A stretch of 59,762 bases of DNA, filler included, from Sphacelaria rigidula (lineage: Eukaryota), in the NCBI GenBank assembly GCA_964200075.2. It is 6 parts of 6 records of this genome, joined end to end, with 100 filler letters (N's around TTAATTAATTAA, not from the genome) between each part and the next. Parts side by side here need not be neighbours in the genome. Positions count along the whole stretch, not along the records: positions 9,979 to 19,855 come from CAXNAA020007572.1; positions 19,956 to 29,832 come from CAXNAA020007573.1; 4 more parts are not named here. One strand, written 5' to 3'. The notes below the pieces were generated by a model. That model did not search any database and was not told the origin of the DNA. It saw nothing but the letters and a program-made list of their open reading frames with translations. Made by a program: the position numbers and the translations under genes. Of the stretch, positions 12,987 through 25,173 are shown piece by piece. Position 1 is the first letter of the stretch, and every line of letters starts with the position of its first letter.

Positions 12987-15900
12987 GTGAGACAGGCAAA
13001 AGGAGCAAGGACGGTGCTCTGTTCTTCTGGTACTATCGCACGCTGCTGAACTCATTGACTCTAAAAACTCATGTTATGCGGTACCGTCCAGTTGAGAGAC
13101 CCTCTTTGAACCCTTCGAGGAAACATTAGACTTCACTTCGGGACATGTATGCTCTTCTCAAACGCGATTTTTCGGACAACGACCTGCCTCAGCAGGTGTA
13201 TCAGCAAGAGAAATCGCCGTAAATCCTTTGGAAATCATTCAAGCCTCGTGGCCAGGAATACCGTTGTTGTTGAGATCACCGCGCGATTGAAGAACGGGCC
13301 CGAATCCTTTGATCTCTTGAAATCAAATCTACACCAAAGTTGTGGCTGCCTGCCTTTTTTTCTGAACACAACAGGATCAAAAGTCCGGGTGAGAACGAGC
13401 AGCACAATACAGTACTGTTGATGGATGCAATATGGATACACACAAGCAGAGCGAAAACAGACACGACAACTACATAAATTATCGAAAGAGAATGGCCTGG
13501 GAATCTGCTGTAGGAAATGCATGTGGAGTGTACGGAGTGTTTTTTCCCTTTAGCTGCATGCACAATGCTGGAGCAGAGGAGCTGTAACGTGGATAGACGG
13601 TACGTCCTGGACAAACCACCGGAGCATGCGGTGAAAGGGCAAAAACACCGCTGCAGCATGGTGTATCTCAGATGTACACAGGCGCACCTGGAAATTATCC
13701 CGGGTGATATGTCTAACCGTCTTCGCGATCTTTTCAAGCACACGGGTGATGAAATAACGAACACAATACTACGATGGTATAGCAGTGGTTCATATCGAGA
13801 CGGAAAAATAATATGAACCTCCCGCGCTTTCTAGGTGGAGTCGACTGATCTCATCTTGAGAACATTCAAGGTCAATCACTACACCCCCATACACCTTGAC
13901 CTCGAAGGTGGGTCATCCAGGTGTTGCACTGATTTTTCAAGTGAAAATGATACGGATACGACAGATTGTCCACAGTCATGGCGGTAAAATAAATAGTCGA
14001 TGAGTTAGAGTTTCGAGGCTTTGTAGATTGCTACATCACTTGTTCTTCATTCGGCATTATCACATATCACTAGTTATGGTATTATACTCCGGATAAGAGT
14101 TTATCCGACCGTGCACTTCCAGAATAACGGTCCTACGCACGGTATATGTTTTCGGAAAAGTTTTCGTGGGCTGATGTCATGTGGAACAAACACATCAACC
14201 CTTTGATGTTTGACACGACAGGGTAAGCCACCTGGGTCACGCATCAGTTTTTATTTTGAAAGTGATGCCGACTCAACACATGGCCTACCCCGGAGCTCAA
14301 AGGGTCGTTTTGCAAACCCTATCCCCCCTTCCTTGGCAAAACGCTTTCTTTGCCAAAACGAAAGTGTGCTCGGCGCCGATAGCGGCATCCGGCATTTGTC
14401 CTTTTTGGCATACCTGGGGATTCATTCAAATCATGAGCACAAATCCCCACCCCCCCGCCGCCGTTCCTACAGTTTGTTATTTAAATTGCCTGCTCGCGAT
14501 TTTACCTTTTCATATCTACACACCTTGAACCCGACAACAGATCGATGGAACTCATCATGTAGGGTAAACTTGTGAACCTACTTTTACTGTACTATCTGCA
14601 ACGCAATCATCACCTCTTGTATCTTGTATTATTATAAAAGTCATGGGCCGTACAGGCAGTGTTGCCGCCTGCATCTTTTTTTATTGTCTATGAAAAAGTT
14701 TTCCTCCGCCGATACGACTTCCTTCCACGCGTGGTCTGTCAGGCTGCGTACGTACACTTTCCCCGCGTGAAGATTTCGTTACAATGAAGGGCCCATGCAA
14801 GACAGGTTATGTGGCAGTTGTAGACTCTCGAGGGCCGAAGAGCAAAGAGGTTTGAGACATCGCTGGCCGCGTCAACTGTACGGTTTCTGCGTTGTACTGA
14901 ACTGTACCGTCCCGATTGTGTCTACTGTTCGTCTAAACTGTTATCCTGTACCTGCTTTTGTGCATGGGGATGCGTTCCGGAGAGGAACGCCCGGAGCCCT
15001 TAACCTCGTTCGGATGGCGGGTCAAGTTTACCGTATTTCTCGGACCAACTTTTGTCACATGTGGTGTTGGTACCAACCATGGATTAGTGGGGGTGTTCGA
15101 CGTGTGCACCTGCACGATAGACATTCATCGTACAAGTGTCGGCCGGGCACACCACTTCCACGCACCTCACCACAGGACATGCAAAACTATGATGGGACAA
15201 TCAGTAATGTCTGTCGTATCACGGCCGAAGCATGACGAGAACACCCAGGTGTATGACTATCGCCGCCCATCCCTCGTTTGCATATGTCTAACAAGCGTGC
15301 GTCGACAGCGTAAAATATAGCTGGAATTACGGAAGTTTTCGTATAATACGCACATTTATCTCTGTGAACACAAGCATTATAATTTGATCTTACACCAGTT
15401 CATCCCCGGGTCGGCTCGACACTTGCATATTGAAACATCAAAACCTCCTTACCCTCCTGGCCTATCACACGCCGAGACTCGAGACCCTCGTGGGCCAGAC
15501 GAGCACGTGGGTTCGTCCAGGTTTGGGGCCATCGCACTCATGTTTGATTTTTTCCCCCAAAAGATCGGTCGCCGTAACCCTAACCCCCATCCAAGGCATC
15601 GAAAACTCCTCTGGCAAGGATGGTGGAAAAAGTGCCCTGGGCGACAGGTTGGGGCCGAATCGGCACCTGTGGTGGAATCGGACACAAATACGTTCCGCGC
15701 GCCCCATCATAGGAGGCACCTTGAACTATCAGCCCTACCAAAAATCGAATTTCGGTGTTTACAGTTGACACCAAGACCAAGAAATATCAACCATGAATAG
15801 AATGGCCCCGAAGTTGAACAAACTTTACTCCCGAGAAGACCCCAAGCCAGCCTTCCCCCCGCTGCGCCCGCCCCACCCCCCGAATGTATTACGCAACCCA

Positions 15901-17524
15901 GAACCCTGAACCATGGAGTGCGTCCACATGACCGTACACGTACTAGTGGGTGCAGATCTGGATATGATTGGTGCTGGTCTATTCTATCTTGCACAGCCAC
16001 GTTGAGAGGACGTACAGCATAGTAATGCCGAGGCTATTTGCTGTAGTGTCTACTATCTCTACCGTCAGGGCGGGGGGGTGCACCCTACCGAACATTTTTG
16101 CAGAGGTCCGTTCACCAAACCTTATTTCGAATCCCTGCCCCAAAGCCAGATACTTGTACGAAGAGGCGATGGGGAGTGGTTATGGTGGTTCACTGCTTTT
16201 TCCAGAGAATCAGGCACTCAGAATGCCCTGGGCACCCGTCGTACCCTCCTTGCCCACCGGTTCACGATCATAAAATGCCGAAAACGCTGTCAACTATTTA
16301 TTTTCTCACGACGAAAGCGTGAGAACCCCTCGCCTCCGAGCCCTCTTTTTTTCGTGTCTGATGACCATGGGCGATCATCCCATCCCTTCGTCGTCCCTTA
16401 TGTGCATACTTGCTGATACTCAGGTTGAGGTTGCGGAAGAAGAAAATTCAGAAGCATAGGGTATAGGGGTACACATGGGCGCGTTGTTGCGCCTCTTTAC
16501 ACACTAGCCCGTTATTTTTTCGCGCTCTAGATCAAGGGCTGATGAAGCGGAACTCGTGAACGATTATTCCACCGTACAGAGAGCACAATAATGCGGTAGA
16601 TCAGAGCGTACGGTCTGTAGCAGAAGAGCTGCTTTGCACATTGTACTTGGTTTAGGTTCATTTGGTCAAGTCTGACCGTGTACCTGATTGAGTTCATCCA
16701 TTATTTATACCAAGATTACCCCGCTCACACGCCAACGTGCGGCTTGCATTATTCCCTTTTTCGGGCTGCATGACCCCTCCCCTCTACAAGATTATGTGTA
16801 CTGACTGTCGTACTACTCTGTACTCGTACAGTACTTGAGCCGTTATTTCACGACTATTTGCATGTCGGTGCTGCGCGCATCACAAATGCGGATATTGCGG
16901 TTCTCGTCCTCCACAATTTCCGTTGTTCTGTACTTGACCGTCTAGTACCAAGCACATCGGCGAGGGGGGAGCACTCAATCCGAAAGTGGATTGTACAAAC
17001 GTGACGGCGCATTGGACATGGCTGACCCTGAACTGAAACAGGGTATAACATCCCGAATCTTCCGACCGCTGCTGACCGGCAAAAAGTCGTGTTGTCTTAC
17101 AAGACATCGTCGAGGTCTTGAATGGTTTGCGGTTTTCGTAAGATCGAAGTCGCAAAAAGCTTCGTCGTCCCCCAGAGGCGTTGCGCTCTATCACCTACGA
17201 TTCCCATGCTGAGAGCCTCTGGTACAGCCCAAATAGGTGGTCATGATCGAAGATTGAGCCTCCAGGCTAAAACCCCAGCACTTCGTACACCCGAGAACTG
17301 TCGGGCATGCAAGGTTCAGAACTCAGAGTAATCGTGAGTTCGCAAGTCAAATCAGCGCCTGGCGCTGGTAATTTTAGCACAGATGCATGCTGCGCATGCT
17401 GGGGAGAACCTGAACATTGTTGCAGGATGCACGCTCTCACAAATGTGGATATGAAGTGTCTGTGCTATGATTGGCCCGCCGCCCTGAATCCGTAACCGAT
17501 AGAGGTCGGAAATGGGTTGTCTAA

Positions 17525-17706
17525 GGTCGTGTCTTATCAAATTGTTTTCGACTCGAAAATGTACAGTGAGATCGAATTCTAAACACGTCCACGGCATCCA
17601 TGTTCTCAACCATCTGACAAAAAATATAGTGTGGACGAATCAGAAAAGAGCGAATCCGATTCGACCGCACGTTTTCGATACGAAAACAATTTGATAAGAC
17701 ACGGCC
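17525..17706. mobile_element. Tourist/PIF-Harbinger-like MITE
   Basis: TIRs GGTCGTGTCTTATCAAATTGTTTTCG ... CGAAAACAATTTGATAAGACACGGCC, with TAA on both sides (3-bp TSD). Confidence 0.75.
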
Positions 17707-17826
17707 TAACTATTAACCCTTTGACCGCGAGGATAGGTCACCTGTTGAACCGGGATCAATATTCACTTACAAGAAGTACTCATGATCCAGATGGACTACC
17801 CGCACCGCGGTCGAAGACCCAAGTAA

Positions 17827-18137
17827 GATCCACTCTTTTGGCAACGAATCTCGATTTGTACAAATATAAGGATTTCAGCCCGCCTATAGGCGATTTTCTC
17901 CCGCGGATTGATTTTTCAGACCCCAGTCTGGTCCGCAATGTTTTTCGCCTAGCCGTGAGCTAACCGGATCAATTCTCCGATTCTCTGGACGTTGACTTTC
18001 GGTTCACCACATTTCTGCCCAAATCGGAACACTCCCGCATCTCCCCCGATTAAATCGACGGGAGACAATCGCCTGTAGACGGGGACTGAAATCCTCATAT
18101 TTGTACAAATCGAGATTCGTTGCCATGAAAGTGGGTC
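17827..18137. mobile_element. Foldback MITE 1 (Harbinger-like)
   Basis: ~85-bp TIRs GATCCACTCTTTTGGCAACGAATCTCGATTTGTACAAATAT... / ...ATATTTGTACAAATCGAGATTCGTTGCCATGAAAGTGGGTC. Flanks TAA/ATA. Confidence 0.7.
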
Positions 18138-18140
18138 ATA

Positions 18141-18717
18141 GGCCGCTCCTTGAAATAGACAAAAAAAAAACCCAGGAAAAGTGCCTGTTTGGAGCTTTCA
18201 CGTCGTTTTACGCCCCAAGAGAGAGCTAGGCGGAGTTTGACACCTGGGAACGACTTGCTCTACTTGTTGAGGCGGTTCCAGGACATCTTCCTGTTTTCCG
18301 GTGGCCGCAGTTTTCATTTTGGCCAATCAAGAATTTTGTCCCAAGAACGGTAAAAAACAGTCAAGTCCAAAAGAAATCTTTGTGAAGATTCAAGACTTTT
18401 CTCTACATTTGACTGTTTTTCACCGTTCTTGGATATGTGAAGTGTGAAGTGTGTGTTCTTGGACTTGTGAAGATTAAAGACGTTTTTCTAGATTTGACTG
18501 TTTTTTACCGTTCTTGGACAAAATTTCTTGTCTGGCCAAAATGAAAACCGCAGCCACCGGAAAACGGAAAGATGTCCTGGAACCATCTCAACTAGTAGAG
18601 CAAGTCGTTCCAATGTGTCAACCTCCGCCTAGCTCTCTCTTGGGGCATAAAACGACGTAAAAGCTCCAAAAAAGAACTTTTCCAGATTTTTGTTCTTGTC
18701 TGCTATAAGGAGCAGCC
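18141..18717. mobile_element. Foldback MITE 2 (Harbinger-like), ~240-bp arms
   Basis: Ends GGCCGCTCCTT ... AAGGAGCAGCC. The arms pair along their length (e.g. GCCCCAAGAGAGAGCTAGGCGGAG / CTCCGCCTAGCTCTCTCTTGGGGC). Flanks ATA/TAA. Confidence 0.75.
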
Positions 18718-18720
18718 TAA

Positions 18721-19191
18721 ACCGACTCTAATGGGAGCCGTTTAAAATTCCTGTCGAAAACTGCCTTCAGGGCCCCTTTCCCTCGATTTACGCCGGAAAA
18801 GAGGGCTAGGCGAATGATGACGCCTTGAAATGACTCTATCTACTCATTGAGACCGTTTGAGGGTAACTTTACATTTCCCGCTGGCCACACTTTTGTTTTT
18901 GGCCAAACACGGGTTTTCAATAGAGAACAGTCAAGCGATAAAAAAACAGGGGAAATTTTTCATCATCTGACCGTTTTTTACTGAAAATCCGCGTTTGGCC
19001 TGATTTGGCCTAAAGCAAAAGTGCCGCCAGCGGGGAATGCAATGTTGCCCTGGAACGGTCTCAACGAGTAAAACAAGTCATTCCAAGGCGTCAACATCCG
19101 CCTAGCCCTCTTTTCCGGCGTAAATCGAGGGAAAAGGGCCCTCGAGGCAGTTCTCGACAGGAATTTTGAACGGCTTCCATTGGAGTTTGCC
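18721..19191. mobile_element. Foldback MITE 3, related to MITE 2
   Basis: The arms pair (CCCTCGATTTACGCCGGAAAAGAGGGCTAGGCG / CGCCTAGCCCTCTTTTCCGGCGTAAATCGAGGG). It shares the GCTAGGCG...TGAC core with MITE 2. Flanks TAA/TGA. Confidence 0.72.
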
Positions 19192-19855
19192 TGAGGGTTA
19201 GGTTAGCTCAGGAACATGTTGTTTGCACTTCAGGGACTTTTTTTTGTAAATCGGCATCATTTTTGATCGTTTCCAAGTGAAAATGATGCCGAGTCAAGGA
19301 AACGCCCCTGCGTGCAAACCACATGTTCAATTCAAACTAAGCTGCCGCACCATCTTTCCCCGTTGCCCCAAACTTGAACCTCAATTTCCGTGACAGACCT
19401 TTTTGTTTGCATCGACCGTTCCACAATTGCCTTCACATTAGCTTAGATTGTTCTTGTTCACATTTGTACCCGTTCCACAAACCGCAGATCCCGCTACGCC
19501 CTGATCTTTCATATTTTTTGTGAATCGGCATCATTTTTCATCGTTCCCAAGTGAAAAATGATGCCGTGTCACGGAAACGCCCCTGCGTGCAAACCACATG
19601 TTCCTGGAAGATCGTGGTGTGGGTAGTCCATCTGGATCACGCATACTTTTTTCAAGTGAACATTGATGCCGATTCAGCAGGTGACCTACTCTAGCTATCC
19701 AAGGGTCAACCAGTTCAATGTTTACATGATACATGATGATTTGGTCATCGAGCGGCGCAGCCGCGAGCCAAAAAAGCCCCCCCCCCGGCAGATGCTCCGT
19801 CTCGAAAGGGATGCGTGGTCAATGGTCAAATGACTAAGGCAAGCAACAAATGAGT

Positions 19856-19955
19856 NNNNNNNNNNNNNNNNNNNNNNNNNNNNNNNNNNNNNNNNNNNNT
19901 TAATTAATTAANNNNNNNNNNNNNNNNNNNNNNNNNNNNNNNNNNNNNNNNNNNN
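19856..19955. other. Artificial contig linker
   Basis: N44-TTAATTAATTAA-N44. Confidence 0.98.
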
Positions 19956-19957
19956 AT

Positions 19958-20020
19958 GCTACGTCTGTGACCACGGGTTCGCGAGATCGGACTAATGTGC
20001 GGAAATAATAATAATAATAA
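19958..20020 (+). repeat. Probable non-LTR retroelement 3' end with (AAT)n tail
   Basis: Homologous to 8830-8883 and followed by AATAATAATAATAATAA. Confidence 0.5.
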
Positions 20021-20794
20021 CATGAGGGTTCAAGCCTGAGTCTGCGAGACTACTACTCCCAACCCGCATGCTGGACACGCCTAAGCCTTGGGCATCGCCA
20101 CCCGTACCTCCCGCGGTCCCACCAGTAGCATAATCAGAAAGATGCATACTAGTCTCTGGCTCGCCGCCTCCCGGCGCGGCAGCTACAAAACCAGAGGACT
20201 CCCCTTTCGTTCCCTGTTGCTCAACTAGCGACGATACTAGAGTCGTAAGTTGAGACAACTGTGTCTCTATGAAACAAATTATCTCACCAACTTCCTGCGA
20301 TCCACCCTCAGCTAGGTCAATCGCAGGATCCTTGCTCCTCGGTTCAGCCATGATGAGGCAGGTTGATCAAGCCTCCCTCGACAGTCTCATGCACAGTCCA
20401 GGGGGACGAAGCGCAGTCGACTAACACGCTATAGCGTGTTGGTAAACTCGTGACTTCTGGAGAAAAATATGCTTTGTAGTATTGAGACCTTGGTCCGGAG
20501 AGACAGGTCGGGAAAGTGAAGTGAGCATGACAGGCGAGCTCGCGTCATCTACATCCCAGAAACTCTAGAAAAAATATCGTTCCAGCAACGCAACTCGGAC
20601 CAACGTACTTCCTCACGTACCACAAAACCTTGGTTTGTTTCCCGCACCACAAATACCATGCTCGGACTAATGCAGAATCCACGAAGAGTACTCCTACATG
20701 AGCAGCGGAAAGGACCGCGAACATTCTTCGGAATTCTCAAATATGTGGTAGCTCAACAACTTATAGATCGACAGTTCCGTTATTCACATCGTCC

Positions 20795-21100
20795 AAGGGG
20801 AGGTTTGTTCAGAAAGAAGCAAACCGTCGTTTATTGCAAACAACCAATTGGCCAAAGAGGCGTCTATTAGTTCAGCCGCTCTTTTTGGGTCACGGAGGAA
20901 CAGTCAAATAGTCAGCCTCCTTTTTATTATTTCAGTCGCTTCTTGAAGGTCACGGAGGAACAGTTGAATAGTCAGCCCCAAGCGTTCACTTTGCGGGAAA
21001 GTCCACGGATAATCAAAACAAGGAAACACAAATCAGCGTAGGTTGGAGACACAAAAGGTGGACAGGCGCCAACAAGTTTAATCGATTAGGTGCGCCTTTT
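20795..21100 (+). repeat. Split direct repeat A1
   Basis: AAGGGGAGGTTTGTTCAGAAAGAAGCAAACCGTCGTTTATTGC...GGTGCGCCTTTT is a direct copy of 28674-29013, lacking a ~35-bp segment between two GACAG motifs. Confidence 0.9.
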
Positions 21101-21249
21101 TGGCATCTACGCGCTTGAAAAGGCGGAAGGCGGCGGGGCTGCGCAATGGGCAGCTTCCTGGCGTGGTGCTATCACATATACCGGTATGTCTGGTCACTGT
21201 GGTATATCTGTACGCACTGTGAAACAGGCTGCCAGCTATCGGGAAGCAG

Positions 21250-23060
21250 CTACTGTCGAAAGTAAAGTTGCACGGTTTTCTGGCTCCATCGCAGACATCT
21301 GTGCATTGCCGTCCAGATCATCCCGAGCTATCGAGTTGTGCTGGCTCAATCGCACACGTTTGTGCATTGCCGATTCCGGATCATCCCGGAGATGTCGAGT
21401 TAGTTCGAAGTGCAGAAAACCTACTCTCATGTTGAATGTTTCTGACTCACTCACACACAGGTGGGTGTATTGCCGCTCTGGGCCATCCTGGAGTTGTGGA
21501 GTTTTATCGAAGTGCAGGAACTCGTCGTGCTGAACCAACCTCTCCAGGACATCCGAGAGGTTGCCGTCTGGTCAAATAGCGTGTTGCACATACTTTTCTC
21601 GAGTTTGTTGCACATACGCTTCGCGACCCGGGCTGCCGAAAATGTTTTCGGGTTGCAGTCAAAAATGAGTTTCAAACATTTCAGCAGGCTTCTGACTCAA
21701 TTACACTGTGTGATTGCCGTTTTGATTACCTATCGAAACTGTCGAGTAGTCTTCGAAGGGCAAAAGTCTGCGTAAAGAAATATCTATGCTGAACCAACCT
21801 CTCAGGGAAATTCACAGGAGGTTGTCGTCTGGTCAGTTAGCGTTGCACACGTCAACAGCGTGTCTGCACATACGCTACTCGACCCGGGCTGCCGATTTCG
21901 GGTTGCAGCAATACAATGAGCTCCAACACATCTCGACCGGCCTCCGACTCAGTTGCACGTGTGGTTGCCGTTTCGATTACCTATCGGAGCTGTCAAGTCG
22001 TCTTCGAAGTGCAGCGAAAAATATATATAATATGCTGTACCATCCTCTCACGGAATTTCGTGGGAGGTTGCCGTCTGGTCAGCAGCGTTGTACATATGCA
22101 CGCTCCTTGACCGGGCTGTCGAGAATTTCCGGGTTGCAGCAAACAAAAAGCCCCAAAATTCAGCAGGCTTCTGGCTCGATTGCCATGTGCAATTGCCGTT
22201 TCGATTGTATATCGGAACTGTCGAGTCATCTTCGAAGTGCAGAAGTCTGCGGGCCAAATGCCTATGCTGAACCAACCTGCTACGGAAATCCACGGGAGTT
22301 TGCCCTCTGGTCAATTAGCGGTTAGTGCAAACGCTTCTTGATTCAGAGTGCCGAAACACTTCGGGAGGCAGCATATATATATATATATATATCAGTTGAA
22401 ACTTTGAATCAATCGCACCCAGAGGTGGTCGCCGTTGTGATTGTAGTGCAACTGTCGAGTTCTGTTTTTTTTTCTTACACGTACAGAAGCCCACGAACGC
22501 CGCTGAATCAACATCATACGATGTTGCCGTTTCATCCCGGATGTTCGATTACTCACCGTCGCTGTCAGTCGTCTTCGAAGTACGGAAACCGGTGTAAACA
22601 TATATATATATATATACTGGACCAAATATCTCACGGAAATCCACGAGAGGTTGCCGTCTGGTCAGTAGCGGTGCACGTGTGTACGCTCCATGGCCCGGGC
22701 TATCGAAAACGTTTCGAGTTGCAGCAAACAATATGTTCAATATATATATATATATCAGCAAGTTTTTTGCCTCACCTGCCCTGTGTACTAGCCGTTTCAA
22801 TTGTATATCGATCCCCCGGATATCCACGGGGGGTTGCCCTCTGGTCAAGTAGCGGATGGTCAAGACGCTTCTTGATCCAGAGTGCCGAAAGACTTCGGGA
22901 AGCAGCCAAATAAATATCAGTCGAAACTTTGACTGTCTATGGGAACGGTCGAGTATAATTTTCTTCGACGTACAAAAGCCTACGTACGCCGCTAAATCAA
23001 CATCATAGGATGTTGCCATTTTCATCATGGACGCTTGGTGTGTCCGCGATGTAGAGCGTT
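21250..23060 (+). repeat. Degenerate tandem (satellite-like) array, ~230-260 bp units built from ~100-bp subunits
   Basis: Recurring motifs: TGCTGAACCAACC or variants (~21528, 21787, 22033, 22265, 22615); GGTTGCCGTCTGGTCA or variants (~21559, 21820, 22066, 22297, 22649, 22832); and GTCGAGTCGTCTTCGAAGTGCAG-like variants. Confidence 0.75.
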
Positions 23061-23476
23061 TGTGTGATCGTCGGTCAAATATCGAATCCGTCGGCACAAG
23101 TGTTCTCTGTTTTATTTATATACACGTTTTTTTCTCGCGGGGGGGGGCATGACGGAAATGCAGTGATCGGCAAAAAGCCATCAATCCAAACGCCGGCGAG
23201 CGAAAAAAAACACACACACAACAACGACACATCTCGACAGCTGATTTTTCCAGCTTGCGATAGGAATACGAGGCTTGTCTAGGGGTAAGGTTAGCGGGGC
23301 TACTGTCCAAACTATCCACGAAAGTTTGACGATGCGTTTCTACCTCGGCGTGATGCTCGCATGTGTTTGAAACCCGAACACCAGTGGCCGCCGCTTGTTG
23401 ATATTCGTCGCTAAACTTTTGTTTATCCCATATTGGCCCATGTCCGCATGACCCCCTTATTTTTTCTCTACATTAG

Positions 23477-24877
23477 ATGCCTGCGGCGACGAGGTCGTCG
23501 ACTGGGGGCACTCCACGGGGGCACGGCCGCGGGGACGCCCGTACTACACGGCGCGCGTCCGGTAGATCGGGGTTGACTGCGGGCACTCCAAGGGGGCGCG
23601 GCCGCGAGGGCGCCCGCACTACCCGGCGCGCGCCCGGTAGATCGGGGTCGGGGCGTGCACCACCCAGGGCGCGGTCGGCCGCACCTCTACGCGGGGAGGG
23701 TCCGCTCACGGCAGCCGAGGCAGCCGCGTTGTGGGCGCGGCTCGAGGAGATGCAAGCCGAGCGCGATGCGGCCGCGGTGGAACGCGACGAGGCCCGTGGC
23801 ACGGTTCAACAGCTTCGGGCCCTGGAGGCAGACCGCGCCGCGGCAGAGCCACCAGCGACGCCGGGGGACCGCCGTCGCGAGAACAAGGGTTTTGACGCTG
23901 GCGAAGGACGGCCTGCGGTCCACGATTTGACGCAGCCGCGTGTTTTAATCGCGTCGACCTCGCACGTCCAATAGGCTCGTGCGAAAGAAAGCATAAAAGC
24001 ATGGTACAACCCGACGATGATGAAGTTGTGGGTTTTGATCGGGGAGCGTTCAACCGTCAGCGGGCTGAAGACGGCGGAGATGCAAGCGGTGTTGCATGAG
24101 ACCGTCAAAGTTACCCCCGTCGTCATGGAACAACTAAACTCCATGAGTGGTTTTCGCGTGCGGCTGTATGTGGCGGAGAACGACGACCCACGCGTCATCA
24201 GCACGTCGCTGTACGAGCACCTGGAGATACTGATCGAGGCCATCATGACGCTCCTCTCCCTTGGTATCGAGTCGGACGACGGGCGCGTCCTTCTGGAGAT
24301 TCTTCGCGAAGCCATGGAGAAGGGCGCTACGCTGTTGCGGGAAAACTGCCGCAAATGGCCCGCCAAGATGTTGGACCCGGAGGTAAGCGCCGTGCTGGAG
24401 TCCCTCGTTGATGATGACCTGAGTCGGTGGTCTTCGAGCCTGTTTACTAGCGCCGTCGCATTCCAGCGGCAGCACCCAACGCCTCCAAATATCGAGGACA
24501 TGCCTCCGGTGGTGACGCCACAGTGGACTTTCCTGCGCAACTTTATTGATAGCGGGGGATTTCGGGGCATCCGCATCCGCACCTCTTCCCTACTGCCGCC
24601 GACCAAGTGTTCCCGCTCCGGAAATAACCAAATTCATGACCGACACTGCTTCGTGGAGATGAAGGAAGGGGTATGCCGTCGCCGGAACTGCCCATGAGAG
24701 CACAACAAGAAAGCAAACCGTCGATCCAGCAACGGGGACGACGGTCCTCGAGCTAGCGGCGGGGGAGGCGGCGGCGGTGGCACTGGTCACGCCGGTGGCG
24801 GCGGCTTGGAGACCGGGGGAACGAACAACCGCCCCAGCAACCAGAGCGCCGGGGGCGGCACTGGTGGGATGCGGTAG
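23477..24877 (+). pseudogene. gag-like ORF1 of the Ngaro element (two in-frame stops)
   Basis: ORFs 23477-23974 and 24017-24697 share one frame. Features: Arg-rich N-terminus, coiled coil (LEEMQAERDAAAVERDEARG), a C-x8-C-x4-C-x3-H finger (CFVEMKEGVCRRRNCP*EH) and a Gly-rich tail. Confidence 0.65.
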
Positions 24878-25173
24878 TGGCGGTGGGGGCGGGGGCGGCG
24901 GCGGTGGTGGGGGCCGAAACTAGGGGTGCGGGCCTCGCCTCGAGGCGGGGCCAACCTCAGACCAGCACGCGGTTTCCGTGGAAGGCGAGCAGGCGGGGGG
25001 ACCGAGGTCCGCATGAAGCGAGCAACAAGGTGTGGCTGGGGATGTGGAAGAATGTGCGGTAGCGCTAAAACGGTTGGCGCGCTCAGCCGATCCTCAATCA
25101 ACCTATACAGCACTCCATATGTAGCAGCAAAAAGCCAACGTTTTTTGGAAGACAAAAGTGGTTCGTTAGCAGT

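Larger units (their letters stand above)
17717..19705. mobile_element. piggyBac-like non-autonomous element hosting nested MITEs
   Basis: Starts TTAA|CCCTTTGACC and ends AAGGG|TCAA. The ~100-bp arms (17717-17815 and 19605-19705) are inverted homologs (TAGGTCACCTGTTGAA...GATCCAGATGGACTACCC versus GGGTAGTCCATCTGGATC...TTCAGCAGGTGACCTA). Confidence 0.6.

Noticed and set aside
15575-15587. Telomere-like TAACCCTAACCC
   Set aside because: Only two units, which is expected by chance or within repeats.
13100-17450. Further kinase exons or other genes
   Set aside because: No VAxK, HRD or DFG motifs were found in exon-like context, and the short ORFs lack recognisable features.
21250-23060. CRISPR array, or the ORFs 21786-22325 and 22338-22913 as genes
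   Set aside because: The units are long and degenerate with homologous inter-motif sequence; the ORFs are translations of repeat DNA with no protein features.
23806-24606. 266-aa minus-strand ORF
   Set aside because: It is an antisense shadow of the GC-rich gag frame and has no motifs.
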